Part shown: positions 19,203-28,083 of the stretch, piece after piece
How positions within the stretch are numbered: the first letter of the stretch is position 1
Layout of the letters: each line of letters starts with the position of its first letter
Source: an uncultured virus (IMG/VR IMGVR_UViG_3300044644_002613)
Taxonomy: Duplodnaviria; Heunggongvirae; Uroviricota; Caudoviricetes
Virus record (IMG/VR): IMGVR_UViG_3300044644_002613
Direction: 5' to 3' (one strand)
Length of the DNA stretch: 54,028 bases
Program-made: the position numbers and the translations under genes
Notes under the pieces: generated by a model
Seen by the model: only the letters and a program-made list of their open reading frames with translations
The model's database searches: none
What the model was told of the DNA's origin: nothing

Positions 19203-19651
19203 GTTTTCACCATGTAAACTGCATTCGAACCATAATAATCAATCGTTTTCTGACTTTGAAATCCAAACTTATTCCAAAAGTTTTCAGATTCAAGAACAGA
19301 CATAAGAACTTTTGGACTTGATTTTATTCTTAAAACCTGATCAACCAAAGCAAGTCCATAACCCTTACCACGATGTGTTTTTTCTACACAAAGATCATGA
19401 ATGTAATGACAGTCGGGATCTTCAATTTTTTTATAATTCTCGTTTATTGGGTAATATTCCCACAAAATATAAGGAAACGAAATGATATATCCTACTATTT
19501 CCTTATTGATCTCACAAACAAAACACCCTTCTGGATGTCCTAATATTTTAGAACGAAAAGATTCACTTCCCTCATAGTAATTATCAGGATAACTACTTGT
19601 TCCAATGTGATCAATAAAATCAAAGTCTTCTGGTTTTGCGTGTCTAATCAT
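19199..19651 (-). CDS. GNAT N-acetyltransferase
   Basis: YIHDLCVEKTHRGKGYG, FWNKFGF. Confidence 0.85.
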   Translation of the reverse strand: MIRHAKPEDFDFIDHIGTSSYPDNYYEGSESFRSKILGHPEGCFVCEINKEIVGYIISFPYILWEYYPINENYKKIEDPDCHYIHDLCVEKTHRGKGYGLALVDQVLRIKSSPKVLMSVLESENFWNKFGFQSQKTIDYYGSNAVYMVKT

Positions 19652-19766
19652 GAATTCATCATAGTAATTTGGTCAGAAAACCCTACTTTTGTCCACAAAA
19701 AATTTTTTAAAATTAATATATATAAAAGCGACAAAAAATTTATAAAAAAAAAAAAAAGGAGTTGTC

Positions 19767-20627
19767 ATGGCAGATTTTAATGTAGATTTAAGCCCAAATT
19801 TAGTCAATTTGGGAACCGAAGGGAGCTTGGACACTAGCGTTCAAAATGGCAACTCTCTTCAGAGAAAATTGACTGGTGTAATGGTTGAATTTTGTGGCAA
19901 TCAAAAAATAATTGGTCGCATTGACGATGGAGGACAGTTCAACGAAACTATCGAGAGAGTAAAAGACTATGCGGGAATTACCAAGACCATTGGTGATAAT
20001 TACATATTCGTAAACAACAACTTTGTTGACTACTATGAAGAGAGTACTAATACTTCCGATGAAGCAAACAATTTGATTGCCATGTTTGATGAATCTGGAG
20101 TTGTATATAAAAAATTCACGGACATTGATGGCAGAACATTTTCATCTCTTGACAACATGGATAAGCTCATTATTCCAGAACTAGATGCAGACGATCTCCT
20201 TCCATCGTTGACCTCTGATGCTAAAAATGCAATCACCGATTTTGTCGATGGTGGCGGAATTCTTATCATGTTTGAGCCAGATAGTGGCGATGTAATAGAT
20301 GTCTTGAATGAACTATTCGGATGGTCACTTGACACAAATGGAGTATCTGAGCCTATTGATATTACTGAGGCTGGAGCCATTCTTTTCCCAAATGAAAGTG
20401 CTACCCTTCCTGATTTAAGTGCTACTGATTCACTCGACACAACTACCCTTCCAGTTAATTCTGTCAGCATCTATACTGGTGATGGTTCCAATCAAACAGT
20501 TGTAGCCAAGATGCCATATGGCGATGGCTTTGTTTATGTTCTTGGATGGGATTGGTATGACGCACAGCCTGTTGGCGTAGAAGATGGTGGCTGGAATCAC
20601 CTTCTGAGATCTATTTTAAATTCTTAA
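19767..20627 (+). CDS. Acidic hypothetical protein (possibly structural)
   Basis: 286 aa; strong SD AAGGAG; operon closed by a terminator. Confidence 0.7.
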   Translation: MADFNVDLSPNLVNLGTEGSLDTSVQNGNSLQRKLTGVMVEFCGNQKIIGRIDDGGQFNETIERVKDYAGITKTIGDNYIFVNNNFVDYYEESTNTSDEANNLIAMFDESGVVYKKFTDIDGRTFSSLDNMDKLIIPELDADDLLPSLTSDAKNAITDFVDGGGILIMFEPDSGDVIDVLNELFGWSLDTNGVSEPIDITEAGAILFPNESATLPDLSATDSLDTTTLPVNSVSIYTGDGSNQTVVAKMPYGDGFVYVLGWDWYDAQPVGVEDGGWNHLLRSILNS

Positions 20628-20642
20628 TTCAAGGAGAAAACA

Positions 20643-20819
20643 ATGTTTACACTAGATGTACCAACCAGCAAGGTTGATCAATTTGATGTTCTTTTAGACA
20701 ATATCAATGTCACTTACAGAATATTCGGTAAGAACGAAGACGGATCTATCACAAAGCTCAGTTTCAAGAAACAAGCCTTGCTTGACAAGGCTACTGAAGA
20801 ACTGAAAAAACTTTCTTAA
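20643..20819 (+). CDS. Small hypothetical protein (58 aa); below ORF-track cutoff
   Basis: SD AAGGAG; MFTLDVPTSKVDQFDVLLDN...EELKKLS; followed by a terminator. Confidence 0.7.
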   Translation: MFTLDVPTSKVDQFDVLLDNINVTYRIFGKNEDGSITKLSFKKQALLDKATEELKKLS

Positions 20820-20828
20820 TCAATTATC

Positions 20829-20865
20829 AAAAGTCTTGGGTGTCTATTGGCATCCGAGACTTTTT
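20829..20865 (+). terminator. Rho-independent terminator between convergent genes
   Basis: AAAAGTCTTGGGTGTC-TATT-GGCATCCGAGACTTTTT; stem closes with G-U pairs on the + transcript. Confidence 0.75.
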
Positions 20866-20875
20866 CATGTTTTTA

Positions 20876-21616
20876 TCATAGTGCTTTCGATGGATTCTTG
20901 CTATATCTCTCACACTGATTGATAACTTCGCACAAATATCGTTCATTATTGAAAAGCGATCTGTATGCATCAGAACAACCACTTACGAATCTATCGTGTG
21001 TTTCGCAATGTACAACATCCACTTTTTCTGACCAATCTTCGCAGATGCCTTTTTCAAACAATATTTTTTCAGATCCCTCAATATCAATCTTTAAAAAGTC
21101 GATAACATCAAGACCATAATCTTTTATAATATCATTCATCGAAATTCCCAAAATATTTCCATCTTTATTTTCCTTTACAATTGTTCCCCAATCACCACCA
21201 ATTTTTTCATCTATGGACAACATGCACTTTTTGTTCCAAATTCCAGCGTTCACACATTTGATGTTTTTGTACGGCATTGTGTTTAAAAGCAACATGCGAT
21301 AATTTTCTGGATCGGGTTCAATTGATATTATCAACTCTGATTGATATTTCATCGCAAAATAAACAGCTACATAGCCAACATAAGCACCTAGATCGACAAC
21401 ATTTCTTAGTGGTTTAATTAAGCCTTCGTATTCTTTCTCTTCGAATACTTGTAAAAAATTGTATATGTCAGTCGTAGCTTTTCTTACATATAAAGGATAT
21501 TTAAAACCTTCTGGAATAATTGGAATTAATGAATCATAACGATCACCAGACTCGCAATATTTTATCAAACTTGCAGTGTTTTGCTCTGTAATATCACATT
21601 GATGTATGGGATTCAT
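20876..21616 (-). CDS. FkbM family methyltransferase
   Basis: VVDLGAYVG, IEPDPENY, IDFLKIDIEGSE, ETHDR; start placed at MNPIHQ. Confidence 0.85.
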   Translation of the reverse strand: MNPIHQCDITEQNTASLIKYCESGDRYDSLIPIIPEGFKYPLYVRKATTDIYNFLQVFEEKEYEGLIKPLRNVVDLGAYVGYVAVYFAMKYQSELIISIEPDPENYRMLLLNTMPYKNIKCVNAGIWNKKCMLSIDEKIGGDWGTIVKENKDGNILGISMNDIIKDYGLDVIDFLKIDIEGSEKILFEKGICEDWSEKVDVVHCETHDRFVSGCSDAYRSLFNNERYLCEVINQCERYSKNPSKAL

Positions 21617-21676
21617 AAATTTATGATAGTTTGTTTCATATATATTGATATGCAAAACTTATAGGGAAAAATTGTC

Positions 21677-22642
21677 ATGAAATCATTTATGGAATATGTA
21701 CAACTGAAAAACGAAGGTCTCTTTGATTTTTTCAAATCGAAAAAACCTGCTTCTGCTCCTACTGGTGCTTCAACTGCTCCTACTGGTGCTTCAACTGCTC
21801 CTACTGGTGCTTCTGACAGAGAGAAAAAAAGAAAGCCTTTAGATACTTATGATCCTTACACTGCCAAATATAGTCCTCTAACGAGAGATGGACATAGCTA
21901 TGTAAATTATAAGCGTATGTCGCCTGATGAAATTGCAGCAGCCGAAGATCAAAGTGATAAAAACAGCATCGATGCATATTATGGAAAAGAAAAAGATCCT
22001 GGCATGAAAGCATTAATAGACCATGGCAATCCTGTGGATAAATTTAAAAAATTAGAAGACGATATTAAATATGGAAGATTTTCGTACAATACAAGCAATG
22101 TTCCAAAAATGATGCTTTTTATGTTGAATAATCATATGGATGGCAGCTATATGCCATTTTTCGGTTCTTTGGTAAAAAACAATGCGGTTAAAATGATTCC
22201 ATATGATCTCGCTTTGAGAACTATGGAATTAAACTTTGGAAGTAACTCAAGTATGATGGCACTTAGATCTTTTCTCGCAAGACATCTTATGGAAAAAACT
22301 CCAAGTAAAATACAAGGTTTAGAATCATTGGAGTTAATCAGAAAAAGTTTAGTATCAACTGATAAATGGGCAAAAACAATTTTATATACACCTGATTTCT
22401 TGCAACACATAAAAGAAGAAGATATAAAAGACATTTGGTTGAAATTCTTTGAAAGAAGACCAGACTTGGCGAAGAAATATTATGAAAAAAATGGCGAAAG
22501 AATGCGACTTAATCAAAAGTACAAACAAGCAAATGACACTAGATATCAAAAACCAAATGATATGGAAAATTTAATTTTTTCCATGTTTGGCGAAAAAAAC
22601 GAATCATTCAAGACACATAAAAAATCATTATTTGACTGGTAA
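21677..22642 (+). CDS. Hypothetical protein, possible head-internal protein
   Basis: MKSFMEYVQLKNEGLFDFFK N-terminus; APTGAST repeats. Confidence 0.7.
   Translation: MKSFMEYVQLKNEGLFDFFKSKKPASAPTGASTAPTGASTAPTGASDREKKRKPLDTYDPYTAKYSPLTRDGHSYVNYKRMSPDEIAAAEDQSDKNSIDAYYGKEKDPGMKALIDHGNPVDKFKKLEDDIKYGRFSYNTSNVPKMMLFMLNNHMDGSYMPFFGSLVKNNAVKMIPYDLALRTMELNFGSNSSMMALRSFLARHLMEKTPSKIQGLESLELIRKSLVSTDKWAKTILYTPDFLQHIKEEDIKDIWLKFFERRPDLAKKYYEKNGERMRLNQKYKQANDTRYQKPNDMENLIFSMFGEKNESFKTHKKSLFDW
21753..21813 (+). repeat. 21-bp coding tandem repeat x3 (APTGAST)
   Basis: CTGCTCCTACTGGTGCTTCAA at 21753, 21774 and 21795 (last copy partial). Confidence 0.9.
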
Positions 22643-22645
22643 ACT

Positions 22646-22981
22646 ATGAACTTCACAGAATGGCTAAACAATCGTGATCCTGAAATGTTGAATGAAATTA
22701 AAAAACCATTCAAAAATTTCAATAAAGAAAAAAACCATCCAGAAGGTGGTCTTAAACCATCCTACGCCAAAAAATTAGGCATTCATGCAGGTATTGACAC
22801 CAAGCGTGAGGCCGAAAAAAAAGGTGGCGTTCATAAAATGTCAGATAAAACAAAGGCAAGAAGAAAATCATTCTGTGCCAGGATGTGTGGCCATAAAAAG
22901 AAGAATACATCATCAAAAACTGCAAATGATCCGAAAAGCAAAATCAATGCAGCTTTGAGGGTTTGGAAATGTCGCTGCTAA
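22646..22981 (+). CDS. DUF6321-like basic phage protein
   Basis: RRKSFCARM.G.KKK.TS.KTANDP.S.IN.ALR.WKC, recalled from T4-like phages. Confidence 0.7.
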   Translation: MNFTEWLNNRDPEMLNEIKKPFKNFNKEKNHPEGGLKPSYAKKLGIHAGIDTKREAEKKGGVHKMSDKTKARRKSFCARMCGHKKKNTSSKTANDPKSKINAALRVWKCRC

Positions 22982-23556
22982 ATTTTATAAGCGTAAACAG
23001 TAAGATCATTTGACAAGTAATCATTTCTTATTACATATTTATCAGTGACTGATTGCATCAAAAATGAAACATCATCTATTGTGCAATGTTTCATATCAAC
23101 ATCTTTGTTTTCACAAGAATCAGAAAGCAAATTAAACGCAATTCCTTTTTTGCACAAGCAAAACATTTTCTCAATTGTCTTTTGTGTTGTTTCTTCCCAA
23201 TTATTTTTCAATGCAAAAACACCAGATGCAAAACACCAATCAAATTCCCCTTTAGTTTCAAATACAGATTGATTCAAGAAATTACCTTGGAACAAACCTT
23301 TCCATTTATCCTCGTACTTTTCCTTAGCTATAATGATGGCTGAATTTCTCAAATCAATTCCAAGATAATCATCAAAATGATAGCTTAAATCGCCATGACC
23401 ACAACCAACATCCAAAACACTATCCGTGATCTCCAATCCAGATATTTCCATCAATACCTTGAATCTTATTTTTTGGGTGTGTTCGTTGCTCCATCCTAAT
23501 GACCTAACACCAACTTCTTTTCCGAACTTTTCTTGATATGTTTTTTCTAAATTCAC
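22978..23556 (-). CDS. Class I SAM-dependent methyltransferase
   Basis: SLGW...Q..RF, SVLDVGCGHG, FASGVF, GIAFNLLS. Confidence 0.85.
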   Translation of the reverse strand: MNLEKTYQEKFGKEVGVRSLGWSNEHTQKIRFKVLMEISGLEITDSVLDVGCGHGDLSYHFDDYLGIDLRNSAIIIAKEKYEDKWKGLFQGNFLNQSVFETKGEFDWCFASGVFALKNNWEETTQKTIEKMFCLCKKGIAFNLLSDSCENKDVDMKHCTIDDVSFLMQSVTDKYVIRNDYLSNDLTVYAYKI

Positions 23557-23577
23557 TATTTTTTCCTATGAATTATG

Positions 23578-23612
23578 ACGAACTACTAATTTAAAAAAAA
23601 TTAGTAGTTCGT
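23578..23612. repeat. Perfect 15-bp inverted repeat with 5-nt loop
   Basis: ACGAACTACTAATTT-AAAAA-AAATTAGTAGTTCGT. Confidence 0.85.
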
Positions 23613-23678
23613 TGTAAATTAACCCGATCATATCTGAAAACCAACGGAATTCGACCATTTAATCATATGATCAGGTAG

Positions 23679-23751
23679 TACCCCTAGCAGGATTCGCACC
23701 TGCGACCAATAAATTAGAAATTTATTGCTCTATCTCCTGAGCTATAGGGGC
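23679..23751 (-). tRNA. tRNA-Arg(UCU), CCA not encoded
   Basis: GCCCCTA-TA-GCTC-AGGAGATA-GAGC-A-ATAAA-TTTCTAA-TTTAT-TGGTC-GCAGG-TGCGAAT-CCTGC-TAGGGGT-A; all four stems pair. Confidence 0.92.
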
Positions 23752-23757
23752 AAAATT

Positions 23758-23786
23758 ATTATAATCAAAAAAATTAAAATTAACAA
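23758..23786 (-). promoter_or_regulatory. sigma70-type promoter for the tRNA
   Basis: TTGTTA-17 nt-TATAAT on the minus strand. Confidence 0.55.
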
Positions 23787-23830
23787 CGAATCATTGAAAT
23801 AATAAAAAAATCAAATGAATATATATTTAC

Positions 23831-24418
23831 ATGGAAACACTACTCACCAAAGACCGCAAAGAAAAATTAAGTATTTACATTCAATTGGCAAATTGCTTAG
23901 AAGGCGACTTCGCAGAAGTTGGTGTATACAAAGGAGGAAGTGCCGAAATAATAGCTATAAATAAAAATGAAAATAAAAATTTATATTTATTTGACACTTT
24001 CGAAGGAATGCCAGAAGTTAATGAAAATGTTGATAACTTTCATAAAAAAAACGATTTTAACGATACATCTTATTCAAATATTTGCTTGGGCTTAAGCCAT
24101 TATAAAAATGTTTTTATTTACAAAGGAATTTTTCCAAATGAACATAGCGATAAAATAAAAGATAAAAAGTTCTCTTTGGTTCACATAGATGTTGACATTT
24201 ACAAAAGTTATATTGATTGCTTGAATTTCTTTTATCCAAAAATGATAGATGGAGGAATTATTATTTTGGATGATTATTCTGCTCCGACATGCAAAGGTGC
24301 AAAAATAGCAGTCGATGAGTTCTTTTCAAATAAACTTGAAAAACCAATATGGGAAACAAAACCTCAAGTGTGTATTGTCAAACAACCGACACTCATCAAA
24401 CAACCAAAAATCAATTGA
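23831..24418 (+). CDS. TylF/MycF/NovP-type O-methyltransferase
   Basis: GDFAEVGVYKGGS, LFDTFEGMP, KG.F, VHIDVDIYKS, GGIIILDDY. Confidence 0.9.
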   Translation: METLLTKDRKEKLSIYIQLANCLEGDFAEVGVYKGGSAEIIAINKNENKNLYLFDTFEGMPEVNENVDNFHKKNDFNDTSYSNICLGLSHYKNVFIYKGIFPNEHSDKIKDKKFSLVHIDVDIYKSYIDCLNFFYPKMIDGGIIILDDYSAPTCKGAKIAVDEFFSNKLEKPIWETKPQVCIVKQPTLIKQPKIN

Positions 24419-25064
24419 GCCAATTCAATTTCATTTCATCTTTAGTCCAAGTGTTTTTAAAATCTAAATTCGGAATTGGATATGATTGTGTATCTAAGTT
24501 TAATTCGCCATATTCCTTTTTATTTACCATAGTTATTTCTAAGGTTTCAGGAACATTTTGAATATACTCACCAAAATTATTCCCATGAACATGAACTACA
24601 TGATAATTTTCTATTATTTTATCTAATACTGATAATGATTTATTCTTTGGATTTATGGTCAAATGAAGTTCGAATGTGAAAGTGTTAACTTTGTCACAAA
24701 AGTGAATTACATCTAAAGTTTCAAAAAAATCCCACTCGTAACCTTCAATATCCATTTTCAACAATATTTTTTTTGCTTCTTGAACTTCTGTTATGTTTTT
24801 GAAATCATCATATCCAACGAGTTTCATTTGTTTTGCCCAAGGCTCCAGATTTCCAGCAATATCATAACCTATTACTTTTTTATTTTTCTCTATTAATTGC
24901 TTTTCATAATGTATGTCACTACCCAATCCAAAACAAACAAACAAATCACATTCTTCAACAGATCGAATTGGAACAACATACCCACCATCTCCATTGCCTC
25001 CTATTCTGATTTTTTCAATTTTTCTAGGAAGCATGTTTTTCGCCATCCAATCATAAATTTCCAT
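24411..25064 (-). CDS. FkbM-like methyltransferase
   Basis: RIGGNGDGGY, LKMDIEGYEW, ELH, HVHGNN, PETLEIT. Confidence 0.8.
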   Translation of the reverse strand: MEIYDWMAKNMLPRKIEKIRIGGNGDGGYVVPIRSVEECDLFVCFGLGSDIHYEKQLIEKNKKVIGYDIAGNLEPWAKQMKLVGYDDFKNITEVQEAKKILLKMDIEGYEWDFFETLDVIHFCDKVNTFTFELHLTINPKNKSLSVLDKIIENYHVVHVHGNNFGEYIQNVPETLEITMVNKKEYGELNLDTQSYPIPNLDFKNTWTKDEMKLNWLN

Positions 25065-25240
25065 TTAATCTTTCCTTTTTACACAATAATAATGATTTTT
25101 CCACTACAAACAAGCAATATGCTGTCCAGTATAAGTAGATAGAAATTTATTTTGGGAAAATATCCATTTTTAATTGAATATTTCCCGACTTAAAACGAAC
25201 AAGATAATAGGAATATAACTTTAACCCAAGGAGAATCAAA

Positions 25241-25675
25241 ATGATTCGAGAAGATGAAGAAAACATTCTAAATTGTAATTGCAGCAGGTATTACATTGTA
25301 CCAATGGATAAAATGGCTGATTTAATGGGAATACCATTAGTTTTGGATGAATTTGGAATGGATGATAGAGATTACGATGTCACAAACAAAGTACTAGCTG
25401 CTGGTGGTGATTTCGTTAACCTTGAAACTGGCGAAGTTGAAGCAGATCCAGTCAAAATCGTCAAAAAATACAGAGTTGATGTAGATGGCAATAACGAAGT
25501 AATTATCGAAATTAGAGCAATTAAATCAACTGCTCATAGGTTCCTTATGAAAGGAGAACCAACAAGGGATGAATATGTCTTAAAAAGAACAAAAGAACTA
25601 GGATTAAATGGTATAGATCTGATCAATAACCTCGAAAAATTTCACGAAGAATACAAACAACTAACAGCCAGCTAA
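25241..25675 (+). CDS. Hypothetical protein
   Basis: SD AAGGAG; 144 aa. Confidence 0.7.
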   Translation: MIREDEENILNCNCSRYYIVPMDKMADLMGIPLVLDEFGMDDRDYDVTNKVLAAGGDFVNLETGEVEADPVKIVKKYRVDVDGNNEVIIEIRAIKSTAHRFLMKGEPTRDEYVLKRTKELGLNGIDLINNLEKFHEEYKQLTAS

Positions 25676-25685
25676 GGAGAAGATC

Positions 25686-26114
25686 ATGAAAAGGGAATGC
25701 GAAGATTGCGGAACTATTTTTTTAGATAACAGATATTTCAAAGGAGAACTTCCAAAAAATGCATTTTGTCCACTCTGTTGTTCAGAGAGATATTTTGCAG
25801 ATGTAGACCATGGAAATAAAGTTCTAAAAGAAGAAACTTGGAATTTTAGATCAAATTGGAAAGCAAAAGTTTGGAATAGCTCCTCGCTATATGAAGAAGG
25901 TTCTGATTTTCTTCATATAGATATAAAACAAGGAAAACTTGAATTAGAAATGGCAATTAAAAAAAGAGAAGGCTCTACTGATGAATTCCTTGTTTGGATT
26001 GGGAATAAACAATTTATTTGCAAAGCAGAACCAACAGATGAAGAAGCAAGGCACGAACAAGGAAAAATATTAAGTGAACATAGTCCTTTAGAGATATTGG
26101 ACAAAGAAATATGA
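25686..26114 (+). CDS. Hypothetical protein with N-terminal CxxC-CxxC zinc ribbon
   Basis: SD AAGGAG; CEDC...CPLC. Confidence 0.7.
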   Translation: MKRECEDCGTIFLDNRYFKGELPKNAFCPLCCSERYFADVDHGNKVLKEETWNFRSNWKAKVWNSSSLYEEGSDFLHIDIKQGKLELEMAIKKREGSTDEFLVWIGNKQFICKAEPTDEEARHEQGKILSEHSPLEILDKEI

Positions 26115-26245
26115 TTCCTTAGTTCACGCAAACCGCTTTCCCTTAACTAAGAGCATTCCTTAGTTCACTTTGCTGGACTAAGAACATTCCTTAGTTCACG
26201 GAAACCGCTTTCCCTTAACTAAGGACATTCCTTAGTTAAGGGAAA
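26114..26245. repeat. Intergenic palindromic repeat cluster ending in a perfect 16-bp hairpin
   Basis: ATTCCTTAGTT at 26114, 26155, 26186 and 26227; TTTCCCTTAACTAAGG-ACATT-CCTTAGTTAAGGGAAA at 26209-26245. Confidence 0.85.
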
Positions 26246-26259
26246 CTAACTTAAATTAC

Positions 26260-26973
26260 TTACAAAATCTTATTATTGATCCTCATAAGCCTAATATCTT
26301 TCTTCTTGTCATCTTTTTCTGGTGCTGTACTAACTCCATCTGCTTGATCATAAGCAAATATTCCAAATTGTAATATCGTGTAAATATCACTTCTAAGCAT
26401 TACATCAATTGATGTCGTAATGCCATTTTTAACAATACTAGATAAAAGCCTTTTAGCCATAACTGGATCAACAGAATAAGAATGTGTTCTCAAACAAAAT
26501 CTATAATTGCAATTCAACTGACCATGAATTGGAATGCTACCCCAATAATTATTCTGAAGTTGCTCAATGCTTCCCAAATATATAATCGCATTAAATGCTG
26601 GATGATGTGTGAAATTCTGTAAAACAATTGCATCATGTTCCAAAACAATAATTGGTCTATCTATTTCAACACAATGTGACCAAAGTGCAACATGACTTAA
26701 AACAGTACAAATTTCAGTAAGTGCCAAGGCTTCATTTACAACTTTAACCCATTTTACCCAATTTTGATTTTTTAAATGTTCTGGAACTATTATTTCTCCA
26801 GTAGTTCCATTGAATGCTTCTGATACTTTACATGGCATTCCAACTTTATCACAGCTTTCTGCACATCTTCTAGACATCGACTCAGAAAGCTCATGACCTT
26901 TTATCGTAATAATATATGCAGATTCTATTTCTGTATTATAATTGAAATTTAATGTTTCTTTTAGTTTTTCCAT
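26260..26973 (-). CDS. GT25-like glycosyltransferase
   Basis: AYIITIK, AFNGT, EIC..LSH..LW..C, IIVLEHDA, THSYSVDP. Confidence 0.75.
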   Translation of the reverse strand: MEKLKETLNFNYNTEIESAYIITIKGHELSESMSRRCAESCDKVGMPCKVSEAFNGTTGEIIVPEHLKNQNWVKWVKVVNEALALTEICTVLSHVALWSHCVEIDRPIIVLEHDAIVLQNFTHHPAFNAIIYLGSIEQLQNNYWGSIPIHGQLNCNYRFCLRTHSYSVDPVMAKRLLSSIVKNGITTSIDVMLRSDIYTILQFGIFAYDQADGVSTAPEKDDKKKDIRLMRINNKIL

Positions 26974-26975
26974 GG

Positions 26976-27653
26976 TTAAGCCTTAAAGGGAACATCATGT
27001 TCGTATATGGTAGTTTCTCCTGCCATGTCTGCTGCAAAAATACCAAATGACACTATTGAAAACTCCTGTACCTTCATCATTACATCAACCGCAGTATAGA
27101 TTCCTCTTTCAATCGCATGGGATACCAAATTTTTAGCAACCAATGGATCAATTGAGTAAGCGTGTGTTCTAAGAATGTAACGATAATTGTGACCCATTTG
27201 TGCATGTGGTGGTATGGGATTCCAATAATTACTTTTAACCTGTTCGCTGCTACCTAAATAAACAATTGAATTGAAAACATTATGATGTGTAAAAGGCTGA
27301 AGCATAATAGCATCATGTTCCAATGCTACCAAAGGCATATCTTCTTCTATACACTTACACCAAAGAGAAAAATGAGAAAGCCAGCAGCAAATTTCTGGTT
27401 TAGTTAAACTATAATTTGTTAATTTCAACCACTTTAACCAATTGGTATTTCTAGCATGTTCTGGAACTTTGATCTTTTCGCCAGTGCCATCAAAGGCATC
27501 CCATATAACTGCTTTTTGACCAACCCTATTGCAAGACTCAAGACATCGTTGACCCATAAGCTCTGAATTCTTATGATCTTTGATTGTGATAATATAAGAA
27601 TTGCTTACTTCTGTGTTATAGTTCCAATTAAGTGTTGGCTCTAATATTTCCAT
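26976..27653 (-). CDS. GT25-like glycosyltransferase, tandem paralogue
   Basis: Same motifs: AFDGT, CWLSHFSLW..C, LEHDA, THAYSIDP. Confidence 0.75.
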   Translation of the reverse strand: MEILEPTLNWNYNTEVSNSYIITIKDHKNSELMGQRCLESCNRVGQKAVIWDAFDGTGEKIKVPEHARNTNWLKWLKLTNYSLTKPEICCWLSHFSLWCKCIEEDMPLVALEHDAIMLQPFTHHNVFNSIVYLGSSEQVKSNYWNPIPPHAQMGHNYRYILRTHAYSIDPLVAKNLVSHAIERGIYTAVDVMMKVQEFSIVSFGIFAADMAGETTIYEHDVPFKA

Positions 27654-27654
27654 T

Positions 27655-27846
27655 TTACCTTAAGTCATCTATAAAAAATTCTTGATCGAATTCTTTTGGA
27701 AAGCATCCAAGGTCGAACATTTTCTTTATACACTTGTTATAAAGATCTGTAGTTGGACTTCTATGAATTGCATGGTTCCTTGCCATTATAGCAAGTTTTA
27801 TTGAAATTTCTTTTAGTTCTTCAAATTCTTTTTTATAGTTTTTCAT
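27655..27846 (-). CDS. Small hypothetical protein
   Basis: Tightly packed co-oriented ORF. Confidence 0.5.
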   Translation of the reverse strand: MKNYKKEFEELKEISIKLAIMARNHAIHRSPTTDLYNKCIKKMFDLGCFPKEFDQEFFIDDLR

Positions 27847-27867
27847 ATATTAAAATAGCGTGTAATT

Positions 27868-28083
27868 TCATTTTATCAAACTTGTTAATCTTCCTTTTTT
27901 GATTTTTTTAAGAATAAACTTTTTAACTTTTCTTTTTATCTTTGGAAATCTTTTTTCAGATTCAACATTTTTACGAAGTTTTTTCAACTTTACAACTTCT
28001 ACCAATAATTGAAATGTTAAATTTGATAAATATAATAAAATGCCAATAATAATTATTGGCATCAATATAAAAAATATAATCAT
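27868..28083 (-). CDS. Small membrane protein
   Basis: Hydrophobic N-terminus, basic tail; abuts upstream stop. Confidence 0.5.
   Translation of the reverse strand: MIIFFILMPIIIIGILLYLSNLTFQLLVEVVKLKKLRKNVESEKRFPKIKRKVKKFILKKIKKGRLTSLIK

Noticed and set aside
25154..25186. Imperfect inverted repeat GGGAAAATAT...ATATTTCCC between divergent genes
   Set aside because: Short, bulged and AT-rich; cannot be told from chance.
26114..26245. Mini CRISPR array
   Set aside because: Intervening segments are short and two are nearly identical; the core is too short; no cas genes in the window.
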